From positions 608,001-672,000 of the forward strand of contig JAYFMW010000030.1 in the NCBI GenBank assembly GCA_042408215.1: a stretch of 64,000 bases of DNA. The letters run 5' to 3'. A model generated the notes under the pieces. The model was not told where the DNA came from. It searched no databases and saw only the letters and a program-made list of their open reading frames with translations. The translations under genes were made by a program, and so were the position numbers. Positions 55,927 through 64,000 of the stretch are shown piece by piece (position 1 is the first letter of the stretch; each line of letters opens with the position of its first letter). This DNA is from Microcoleus sp. Lineage in GTDB: Bacteria > Cyanobacteriota > Cyanobacteriia > Cyanobacteriales > Microcoleaceae.

Positions 55927-57264
55927 TTAGCCAATTCTCAAGGCGGCATCACCGACTGGCAAGTCATTGGGACGAGAAACAGTAGAAAAGTTAATTGCAA
56001 AAGCGGCGTTTTGAACTGCTGCGGGGGTGGCATTTTGAACTGTTGCCAAAGTTGCCCCTCCCAATTGAATCAGAGTGTTGCTTCCAGATGCAGTGAATGC
56101 GACGCTTGATAAAGTGCCAGTAATCCCAAGGCGATCGCCCTCACCAGGCCTAAAATCAAGAAGTATATCGCTTAGAGTATCCAAAGCCAGATTTTGACCG
56201 GCAATCAGAACAAAACTATCAGCACCTGCACCGCCAGTGAGAGTATTGCTCCCAGCATCTCCAATCAAAATATCATTGCCATCGCCACCAATTAAAACAT
56301 CGTTTCCTTTGCCGCCTCGCAAAAAGTCGTTACCAGCATCGCCATTGAGAGTATCGTCGCCGAGATTTCCAGTCAAAATATCGTTGCCAACACCACCGCT
56401 AATTAAGTCGTTACCTTTGCCACCTCTGAGAAAGTCGTCACCAATTTCGCCACTGATGGTATCATTACCTTGGCTGCCATTAATTGCATCATCAGTGGGT
56501 GAACCGACGATGCGATCGTTGCCGCTACCTCCCAGTACACCGCTGGGATTTTGCTGAGAGTCTTGGGAAGTGACTTGATAGTTATTGGGGGTGTTTGGCA
56601 ATCTGAGCGATCGCAAAGGCAGATTTACGAAATTGGTACTGTTAATCAAATCGTTGAGCACATTAACATCGCTAATGATGCTAGAAACCCGACTGGGGAC
56701 AATGCCTTGAACGACTTTTGCGCTCGAAATGCGATCGCCCTGCTGCACCGCATTCACCGTATCAAAACCTTGAGTAACGTAGCCAAAAACAGCATAATTG
56801 CCATCCAAAAACTCCAAATCATCCAAAGCAAAATAGAACTGCGAAGAAGCCGAGTTCAAAGCACTAGAACGAGCCATTGCTACAGCCCCGATAGTATGCT
56901 GCAACTGCGGAGTTTGCGTTACTACTTGATTGTAAACAGGTTCCGTCGCTCCTTGCGGCTTAATTTCCAAAGAAATAAAACGCGCCTGATTAGTATCCGG
57001 GTCAACAAAATTACCCGTTCCCAATTGACTTGCTGGAATTGTAGTATCTTTGCTGCGCGGATCGCCTCCTTGCACCACAAAAGGAGTGGGCTGACGCACA
57101 ACTCGGTGAAACATCACCCCATCGTAGATGCCACGCTCAACTAAGTCAACAAAATTGCCGGCAGTAATTGGGGCATTAATGCCATCTACTTCTATAATAA
57201 CGGGCTGACCGTTAATTACCTGGACTACTGTAGCTTTGCCGGTTAACGGGAGTGCAGTGCTCAT
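55927..57264 (-). CDS. Cyclophilin-type PPIase fused to RTX Ca2+-binding repeats
   Basis: [41 protein letters not shown]; GGxGND nonapeptides. Confidence 0.9.
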   Translation of the reverse strand: MSTALPLTGKATVVQVINGQPVIIEVDGINAPITAGNFVDLVERGIYDGVMFHRVVRQPTPFVVQGGDPRSKDTTIPASQLGTGNFVDPDTNQARFISLEIKPQGATEPVYNQVVTQTPQLQHTIGAVAMARSSALNSASSQFYFALDDLEFLDGNYAVFGYVTQGFDTVNAVQQGDRISSAKVVQGIVPSRVSSIISDVNVLNDLINSTNFVNLPLRSLRLPNTPNNYQVTSQDSQQNPSGVLGGSGNDRIVGSPTDDAINGSQGNDTISGEIGDDFLRGGKGNDLISGGVGNDILTGNLGDDTLNGDAGNDFLRGGKGNDVLIGGDGNDILIGDAGSNTLTGGAGADSFVLIAGQNLALDTLSDILLDFRPGEGDRLGITGTLSSVAFTASGSNTLIQLGGATLATVQNATPAAVQNAAFAINFSTVSRPNDLPVGDAALRIG

Positions 57265-57396
57265 GGGTAAATTGCTATTTTAGTGAGTAATATTTGGGTT
57301 TTAGGAACAATTGGTCAAAACAATCCACGAATTGCCCCTACCCATTTAATCAGAAAACTGTAAACTTGTGTTAAGTACATTTCTAGTTCTCAATTT

Positions 57397-57948
57397 ATGC
57401 TCTCCCGTCGCCACTTTTTTAGCACTTTATTGGCCATTTGTCTAGTTTTTCTAAGCTTCAATTTTGCCGCCCCGGCTTCAGCCCTCGGCGGCAAGCTTCC
57501 GCAGGTGAATCAAGCGGCACCGGAGTTTACTCTGCCGACTAACAGCGGTGACGGACAAGTCTCCCTCTCTGATTATCGCGGTAAGTGGCTGGTAGTCTAT
57601 TTCTATCCGAAAGACTTTACATCTGGTTGTACGATCGAAGCGCGCAGATTTCAGCAAGACTTGCCGAAATACTTGGCAAAGAATACTCGAATTATCGGCA
57701 TTAGCGCTGATGATGTCAATTCCCACGCGGAATTTTGCGATTCTGAAGGTTTGAAATTTCCGCTGTTAGCTGATACGGACGGTAAAGTGAGTAAAGCTTA
57801 CGGTTCTTGGATGAGTTTTATCTCAGCGCGGCACAGTTTTATTATTGACCCAAAGGGCGTTTTGCGGGCAACTTTTGTCAAGGTGAATCCGGCGATTCAC
57901 TCTAAAGAAGTGCTGGCCAGGTTGCAGGAATTGCAGGCTGAGGGGTAA
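57397..57948 (+). CDS. bcp: Peroxiredoxin Q/BCP with Tat-like signal
   Basis: SRRHF; YFYPKDFTSGCTIEA. Confidence 0.9.
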   Translation: MLSRRHFFSTLLAICLVFLSFNFAAPASALGGKLPQVNQAAPEFTLPTNSGDGQVSLSDYRGKWLVVYFYPKDFTSGCTIEARRFQQDLPKYLAKNTRIIGISADDVNSHAEFCDSEGLKFPLLADTDGKVSKAYGSWMSFISARHSFIIDPKGVLRATFVKVNPAIHSKEVLARLQELQAEG

Positions 57949-57976
57949 TCGGATGTTTGAGATTTTCTAACCAAAG

Positions 57977-58131
57977 GAACCGGGTTTTTTGCTAAAAACT
58001 TCGGGACCACAACTTCGGTAAAAAACCGGGTTTTTTACTAAAAACTTCGGGACCACAACTTCGGTAAGAAACCTGGTTTTTTGCTAAAAAATTCGTGGCA
58101 GCCCACAAATTCGGTAAAAAACCCGGTTTCT
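57977..58131. repeat. AACCGGGTTTTT/AAAAACCCGGTT repeat array
   Basis: Same family as 2620-3236. Confidence 0.8.
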
Positions 58132-58150
58132 GGGCCCCATCCTAGACAGA

Positions 58151-58657
58151 TTAATTGTCTGACAGGCTTCTCTTTCTGCTAGAAATGCGGCGTTCGGGGT
58201 CAATTCCCTCGAAGGTTGGCGGCAACCAAACTCGGATTACCAGCAACATTCCCAAAACTAGCAAAAATCCACCGGTTGATAAGATTTGAACCCAGGGAGT
58301 TTCCAGCACTCCCCGCACGATAACTTCTCGCAAAACTGATACAATACAAACTTCCACAGCTACGCCGATCGAAACGCGCTGCTCTTGCAAGTAAATAATT
58401 AGCAACCGAAATAACTCAACCAAAACTAAGAGAAATAGAATGTCTGCTGTGACTTGCTTGAAATTCAAAGGAGGAAGCAGCGAGAAAAACATTTCTCGCA
58501 GTTCGAGCACCATGAAGCAGAACAAACCGATACACAAGGAAATTACAATTAAGTCTTGGACTGTTTCCAGAGCGCTAACGATTAGTCTCAGATTCAACCA
58601 TTGCGGGGGGGTACTGGACGAGTTGTTTAAAGGCTTTTGCATTGACGGCTCCTGCAA
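58151..58657 (-). CDS. Phosphate-starvation-inducible PsiE family membrane protein
   Basis: DILFLLVLVELFRLLIIYL..VEVCIVSVLREVI. Confidence 0.85.
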   Translation of the reverse strand: MQEPSMQKPLNNSSSTPPQWLNLRLIVSALETVQDLIVISLCIGLFCFMVLELREMFFSLLPPLNFKQVTADILFLLVLVELFRLLIIYLQEQRVSIGVAVEVCIVSVLREVIVRGVLETPWVQILSTGGFLLVLGMLLVIRVWLPPTFEGIDPERRISSRKRSLSDN

Positions 58658-59024
58658 CTTGTTTGACTTTTTTACAGCTTAAGTTAAATTGAGCTGAAGT
58701 GTGACAATATAAGGGTTTAATTTATTTATAACCATGATAAAACTTCCCTCAGTTGAAAATTTTACACAAACTTTTATTTGCCTCGCAGGTGGGTTGACAT
58801 TTCGCCAAGGTTTATGGTATTAAAGGCTGGCGATTAGAATTTTTGACAGCTAAAAGCCAAAAGTCAAAATGCTGAAATGCTGTAATTGTTATACAATATG
58901 AAAATTGTAAAGAATCATTTACATAGCTTGAGTTGATCGAGCTAGCGACTCTAGGCTCTAGTCATACAAAAGCCTTACAGTCAACCCAAAAACCACAAGC
59001 CACCAAGAGAGAGGATTGAACACA

Positions 59025-59627
59025 ATGGCATTTGAACTTGCACCGTTACCCTTCGCCGCTGACGCTCTAGAGTCTGGTCATATGTCGGCCAATACGTTTT
59101 CGTTCCACCACGACAAGCACCATGCTGCTTACGTGACCAACCTCAACAAATTGATTGAAGGTACTGAACTTGCGAGCAAATCTCTCGAAGAAATTGTGCA
59201 GGAATCTTCCAAAGACCCATCCAAAGCTGGCATTTTCAACAATGCAGGCCAAGTCTGGAACCACAATTTTTTCTGGAATTCCCTCAAAGCAGGTGGCGGC
59301 GGCACTCCGACTGGAGATTTAGCTGACAAAATCACCGCAGACTTCGGCAGCTTCGACGAATTCAAAGCAGAATTTAAGACGGCTGCGACAACTCAGTTCG
59401 GCAGCGGCTGGGCTTGGCTGGTTTTAGATAACGGCACTTTGAAAGTTACCAAAACTGCCAACGCTGACACTCCTTTAGCACATGGTCAAATCCCGTTGCT
59501 GACTTTGGATGTGTGGGAACACGCTTATTATTTGGACTTCCAAAACCGCCGTCCTGACTACATTGCTAATTTCTTGGATAACTTGGCTAATTGGGATTTT
59601 GCGGCCGCAAATTTGGCTGCGGCTTAG
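59025..59627 (+). CDS. sodB: Fe superoxide dismutase
   Basis: HHDKHH, FNNAGQVWNH, FGSGWAWL, DVWEHAYY. Confidence 0.95.
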   Translation: MAFELAPLPFAADALESGHMSANTFSFHHDKHHAAYVTNLNKLIEGTELASKSLEEIVQESSKDPSKAGIFNNAGQVWNHNFFWNSLKAGGGGTPTGDLADKITADFGSFDEFKAEFKTAATTQFGSGWAWLVLDNGTLKVTKTANADTPLAHGQIPLLTLDVWEHAYYLDFQNRRPDYIANFLDNLANWDFAAANLAAA

Positions 59628-59681
59628 TAGAAATTTTGTGGCAGTCGATCGCGCTGTTCGCAAAAGTCTAAAATAGTCCTA

Positions 59682-59715
59682 GAGGTAGTCACTCTTTAGA
59701 AGTGGCTGCCTTTTT
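59682..59715 (+). terminator. Rho-independent terminator after sodB
   Basis: GAGGTAGTCACT/AGTGGCTGCC stem (G-U pairs) followed by a T run. Confidence 0.65.
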
Positions 59716-59853
59716 GTCAGCTTCAAAGCCCAGATTGAGCCGTGGGAGTAATTCTCAAATCTCAAATTTAAAATTTAAAATCGGCTGAGATTGTGTTATT
59801 ATAGTATTGGTGACTATTTTATGATTTTTGTAGTTTCAGTGGCTGTTCGCGCG

Positions 59854-60147
59854 ATGACTTCTTCACCGACTATAGCTCCCGTTCGATCGAGTCAAGTTAC
59901 CCGCAAGCCTTATCCAAATTATCGGGTAATTGTTCTCAACGACGATTTCAATACGTTTCAGCACGTTGTTGACTGTTTGACTAAGTATATTCCAGGGATG
60001 ACGGGCGATCGAGCTTGGAAACTCGCCAACCAAATCCACAACGAAGGACAAGCTACTGTTTGGGTTGGCCCACAAGAGCAAGCAGAACTTTATCATATGC
60101 AATTGAGCCGTGCTGGACTGACAATGGCACCGTTAGAGTCCGCATAA
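59854..60147 (+). CDS. clpS: ATP-dependent Clp protease adaptor ClpS
   Basis: YRVIVLNDDFNTFQHV..IHNEGQA.VW.G..EQAELY. Confidence 0.93.
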   Translation: MTSSPTIAPVRSSQVTRKPYPNYRVIVLNDDFNTFQHVVDCLTKYIPGMTGDRAWKLANQIHNEGQATVWVGPQEQAELYHMQLSRAGLTMAPLESA

Positions 60148-60283
60148 AAATTTGTAGGGTTGAAGGCTTGTTTAAGTCCCGTTAGCTCAATTTGAAACTT
60201 GCCAAAATGGCAACATCACTCGATTCTCTTGATTTAGATTATTTATAAACACCGATAATCTTTTACGCAATTAGGGGAATTTT

Positions 60284-60595
60284 ATGCATCATCCTTTTGA
60301 TCTAGATACTGCTGACCTGTTAGCAATGGATTTGGATTTTGAAGAGCCACTAACTGATGAGCAGACCGCTGACATCGGAGGTGGACGAATGGCTATCACT
60401 ATGATGGTAGGTGAAGAAGGTGGTGGGATACAGTGTATCTCAGCTCCATGTCCGGGAAGTGAAACAGGAGGAGGATTTCCTCCCAAGCCCATTCCCATTG
60501 ACCCTCCGATGACCACTATGACTATAGGTGAAGAGGGTGGAGGACCTTACACGAAAGCTTGGTCTGAATGCGGTGGCGGTCCGATGATTTACTAA
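60284..60595 (+). CDS. Putative graspetide (omega-ester RiPP) multi-core precursor peptide
   Basis: Acidic leader ending ..LTDEQTADIGGG; cores ITMMVGEEGG, TTMTIGEEGG, YTKAWSECGG; ATP-grasp gene downstream. Confidence 0.75.
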   Translation: MHHPFDLDTADLLAMDLDFEEPLTDEQTADIGGGRMAITMMVGEEGGGIQCISAPCPGSETGGGFPPKPIPIDPPMTTMTIGEEGGGPYTKAWSECGGGPMIY

Positions 60596-60757
60596 TCTCA
60601 TTAGTGCCGAAACTTGTAGAGATTCGGCCTAATTCCTGAACTATTCAGATTGTTTCTGTAATGGGACTTTCAAAGCTTCAGCCTCATTTGAGTGTTTTTT
60701 CAATATATAAAAATTTGCAACACTCTCAAAACAAGTGATGCTAATTTTCATATTTAT

Positions 60758-62204
60758 AAAAGAATACCCTGAAAACCCTGCGACTTTAGTCCAGGGATGA
60801 AAGGGCGTTGCAGGATTTATCCTGCCAGTCAAATATTACCAAAATATAGTAAACTTAATCAAGGAGGTGAAACAGATGTATGCAGTGCAAAAAGATGTTT
60901 GGCATTTAACGGGACTTGACAAAACTATTGTCGAGCAACTGTTGAGATGGTCAAACAACCTGTTTAATGTTGGGACTTACGAAAGTCGGCAACGGTACTT
61001 TAAGGACAAAGGTGCCATTAAATACCCTGACTTGTACAAAATTGCCAAAGCCAACGAGAATTACGGGTTACTCTACTCGCAAGTGGCGCAACAATCCCTC
61101 AAATCTGTCGCTGAATCCTTTAGCTCTTTCCGAGCCTTAGAAAAGTTAGCGAAGCAAGGAGAAGTTAACCAAAAACCGAGACTGCCCAAGTACCGAACTA
61201 AGGGGGCAATGTACCAGGTTTCATATCCTGGGCAAGCTTTAAAAATAGTCGGCAATCGGGTAAGGCTACCTCTGGGAACCAGAGGAAAAGAACACTTTGG
61301 GACGGATGCTCTTTGGGTGACATTGCCAGAACGGCTGAAAAAATGCCAGATTAAAGAACTCAGACTAATCCCTAGAAATGGCGAGGTCTGGGTTGAGTAT
61401 GTCCACGAAAGTCTAACTGAACAAGCTCCTAGTTGTAGTCTGGAAGTAACGGGAGTTTTGGGAATTGACCACGGCATCAACAACTGGTTAACTTGTGTTT
61501 CTAGCAATGGTAAGCCATTCATCATTGATGGTCAGAAACTGAAATCTTGGAATCAGTGGTTTAACAAGGAAAAAGCCCTCGTCCAATCGACTCACGCTCA
61601 ATGCAAGTTACCCAAAGGTTTCTCTTCAAAAAGGCTGCAACAGTTGTCAGAAACTCGCGCCAGAAGGATGCGGGATGCCATCAATAAAGCAGTCAGAACC
61701 ATAATCAAACATTGCGAAGACCACCAAATTAACGTCATAGTTTTTGGCTGGAATAAGGGGCAGAAGCAGGAAGTCAATATGGGGGTCGTGACCCATCAAA
61801 ACTTTGTCCAAATACCCACAGCTAAAGTCAAAGATAGATTGCAACAGGAATGTGACTTAAGGGGCTGGCGATTTGTAGAACAAGATGAATCTTACACCTC
61901 AAAAGCCAGCTTCTTAGACCGAGATTTACTGCCAGTGACAGTCGGTGAAAAACCTGACAATTGGCAACCATCAGGTAAAAGAATTAAACGAGGTTTGTAC
62001 CGTTCGGCTCAGGGATTAACTCTGAATGCAGATGTTAACGGTGCAGCCAACATCATCCGAAAATCAAAAGTAGCCATAGACTCAATTGTTGAGCGAGTGG
62101 GTAGCGGGTTGCTGACTAACCCTTTAAGAATTAAACTTTGGGCGGATTCATCCCCCAAAGTTTATCCTTAAGAATCCCCGCGTCTTCAGACCGGGGAGTG
62201 TCAA
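60758..62204 (+). mobile_element. IS200/IS605-family (IS1341-like) element, sister of 6548-8095
   Basis: Follows TTTAT; shared left hairpin and right end ...CCGGGGAGTGTCAA. Confidence 0.87.
60876..62171 (+). CDS. tnpB: RNA-guided endonuclease TnpB
   Basis: Near-identical to 6581-7876. Confidence 0.93.
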   Translation: MYAVQKDVWHLTGLDKTIVEQLLRWSNNLFNVGTYESRQRYFKDKGAIKYPDLYKIAKANENYGLLYSQVAQQSLKSVAESFSSFRALEKLAKQGEVNQKPRLPKYRTKGAMYQVSYPGQALKIVGNRVRLPLGTRGKEHFGTDALWVTLPERLKKCQIKELRLIPRNGEVWVEYVHESLTEQAPSCSLEVTGVLGIDHGINNWLTCVSSNGKPFIIDGQKLKSWNQWFNKEKALVQSTHAQCKLPKGFSSKRLQQLSETRARRMRDAINKAVRTIIKHCEDHQINVIVFGWNKGQKQEVNMGVVTHQNFVQIPTAKVKDRLQQECDLRGWRFVEQDESYTSKASFLDRDLLPVTVGEKPDNWQPSGKRIKRGLYRSAQGLTLNADVNGAANIIRKSKVAIDSIVERVGSGLLTNPLRIKLWADSSPKVYP

Positions 62205-62245
62205 CTGTACTTGATTTTACCACATTTTTAATTATCAAATTTCCC

Positions 62246-63151
62246 ATGAACATTTTAATTCTGGGTGATGCTTCAGATGCTCATGCTGCTCATGTAAAGG
62301 ATGCTCTCACCCAAGCCGGTGCAGCGGTAGATTATTTGGATACCTACCTATTTCCAAGACGGTTACGTCTGTCTTGGCGACCTGATACTCAGGTAGGATG
62401 CTTAACTCTACCGTCCGGTCGTCAGTTGCATCTCCAAGATATTCACAGTGTATTTTGGCGGAATTTTTCCGGTGTTTACATTCCACCTTTAAAAGATCCA
62501 AATCAACAGCAAGTTGCATTGAATGATTCAATGAGTACAGTGCGATCGCTAATGCAAGCTTGTCCGGCTCGCTGGATTAATTCGTGGCCGGCCTACCAAT
62601 TTCACAAAGAAAAACCCCTACAACTGAGCAAAGCAAAACAAATAGGAGTGACGATTCCTGAAACTTTAATCAGTAACAATCCAGAGCAAGTTAGGGAATT
62701 TGTCGAAGCTCAGAAACAAGTAATTTTTAAGCCTGTTTATGGTGGTGCTCATACGCAGTTGGTGACAGAGGCGCATTTAGAACCTAATCGGCTGGACTTG
62801 GCTTTGAGAATTTCTCCTGTCACAATACAAGAATATATTCCTGGTACAAACATTCGCAGTTATGTCATGGGTGAATCAGTCTATTCTGCGGAAATTCGCA
62901 GTCCAGCTTTGGACTTTCGGGAAGATTTAGAGTCCGAGCTAATTCCGATAGATTTGCCAGAATTAGTTAAAAAACAATGTTTGGCAATATCAAAGGCATT
63001 TATGCTAGAATGGACTGCTATTGATTGGCGTGTCAAGCCAACGGGTGAGTATGTATTTTTGGAGGCAAATCCTAGTCCCATGTTCAGACATTTTGAGCGT
63101 CAGACTGGTTTTCCGATTACCCAAAAATTAGTCAATCTCTTGATGTATTAA
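62246..63151 (+). CDS. RimK-like ATP-grasp ligase (graspetide macrocyclase candidate)
   Basis: MNILILG..DAHA, KPLQL..A..IG..IPETLISN, IFKPV.GG, IQEYIPG, AIDW, FLEANP. Confidence 0.85.
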   Translation: MNILILGDASDAHAAHVKDALTQAGAAVDYLDTYLFPRRLRLSWRPDTQVGCLTLPSGRQLHLQDIHSVFWRNFSGVYIPPLKDPNQQQVALNDSMSTVRSLMQACPARWINSWPAYQFHKEKPLQLSKAKQIGVTIPETLISNNPEQVREFVEAQKQVIFKPVYGGAHTQLVTEAHLEPNRLDLALRISPVTIQEYIPGTNIRSYVMGESVYSAEIRSPALDFREDLESELIPIDLPELVKKQCLAISKAFMLEWTAIDWRVKPTGEYVFLEANPSPMFRHFERQTGFPITQKLVNLLMY

Positions 63152-63158
63152 CTGGGAT

Positions 63159-63653
63159 TTAAGAGGCGATCGCAATTTTGCCAATCATCCCCGCCTCTGT
63201 ATGTCCAGCCACGGTACAGCGTAGGTTGTAGGTTCCCGACTTCATCGGGATAAATACCCATTCTGCCATAGCTCCGGGTTTAAGTTCCAGCTCGTGAATA
63301 GCTCCTTTAATTTCCACTTTCCCAGCTTCAACTTTTTGAGTCCAACTCGCATCAGCAAAGTTTTTAGCAGTAAAATAATGTTTCTGCGGACTGGGATTTT
63401 TCAGCACTAATTTATAGCGCTTTCCTGACTCAAATTGTAGCTGATTGGGAAAAAATTTTAGTTCCCCAGTTTCGCTACCCAAACTAACAGTAATTTCTGT
63501 TATGGGTTGGCGTGACAAATCAGCGGCATTGGCAGCCGCAGGGATTGAGATGGTGCCTAAACAGAGAATTAGCCCTAAAATTAGCTTGAGGGTTTGTTGG
63601 CACCGCTGGCTGTGGTAGAATTTCACTAATTGCGATCGAAGTGATTTGATCAT
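63159..63653 (-). CDS. Cupredoxin (plastocyanin/azurin-like) domain protein
   Basis: Signal peptide; KHYF and C-terminal CTVAGHTEAGM copper ligands. Confidence 0.85.
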   Translation of the reverse strand: MIKSLRSQLVKFYHSQRCQQTLKLILGLILCLGTISIPAAANAADLSRQPITEITVSLGSETGELKFFPNQLQFESGKRYKLVLKNPSPQKHYFTAKNFADASWTQKVEAGKVEIKGAIHELELKPGAMAEWVFIPMKSGTYNLRCTVAGHTEAGMIGKIAIAS

Positions 63654-64000
63654 GAGATTAAGGATTAGCTAAATTTTACTAACTCCGGCGATTGAAATCG
63701 CTTGTACCTATGAACCGGAATGATTTAACCACAGAGGCCGCAGAGGACGCAGAGGAGGAAAAGAGAGAGATGAATAATTCCGATACAACGGGATTTGATA
63801 TGATTCTAAAATCTAAAATCTAAAATCTAAAATTGACTGACTTGCCAAGTTTCATCCCAAGGTCCGCCCCCAACTTCTAAACCACACAAAGAACTTTGAG
63901 CCTCTACAATAATTCTATAACGTTGGTTGCCTTTTTTGTCAATATTTTTACCCAATAATTCTCGCAGTTGTAGGCGTAAATTGCCGTGGGTTGTATCTCG

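Noticed and set aside
62138..62245. N-terminal extension of the ATP-grasp ORF
   Set aside because: It derives from the IS right end; the likely start is ATG 62246.

Overview
Chromosomal window from a filamentous cyanobacterium (Oscillatoriales, Microcoleus/Tychonema-like). This is inferred from abundant HIP1 GCGATCGC octamers, STRR heptamer repeats and gene content. Core genes (crtE, M42 peptidase, tRNA-Glu, leuD, folD, speD, queF, ccs1/ccdA, bcp, sodB, clpS) are mixed with accessory blocks. These blocks are: a decaying toxin-antitoxin island after tRNA-Glu; a geosmin cluster with two tandem didomain terpene synthases and two cNMP-binding/family 2B encapsulin genes; a REP-associated tyrosine transposase (RAYT) inside 71-bp REP arrays; a coupled pair of STAND ATPases; a graspetide-type RiPP precursor separated from its ATP-grasp ligase by an IS605 element; four TnpB elements and a 183-bp omegaRNA-only mini-element; and many MITE/REP repeats. 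The most unusual signal is at the 3' end of a Ser/Thr kinase-GUN4 gene. It has a ~100-nt almost adenine-free, G/T-rich segment followed by a short tail that reads as a terminated C-terminus in all three frames, suggesting a targeted, indel-tolerant hypervariable cassette. All calls come from reading the sequence; no database searches were run.
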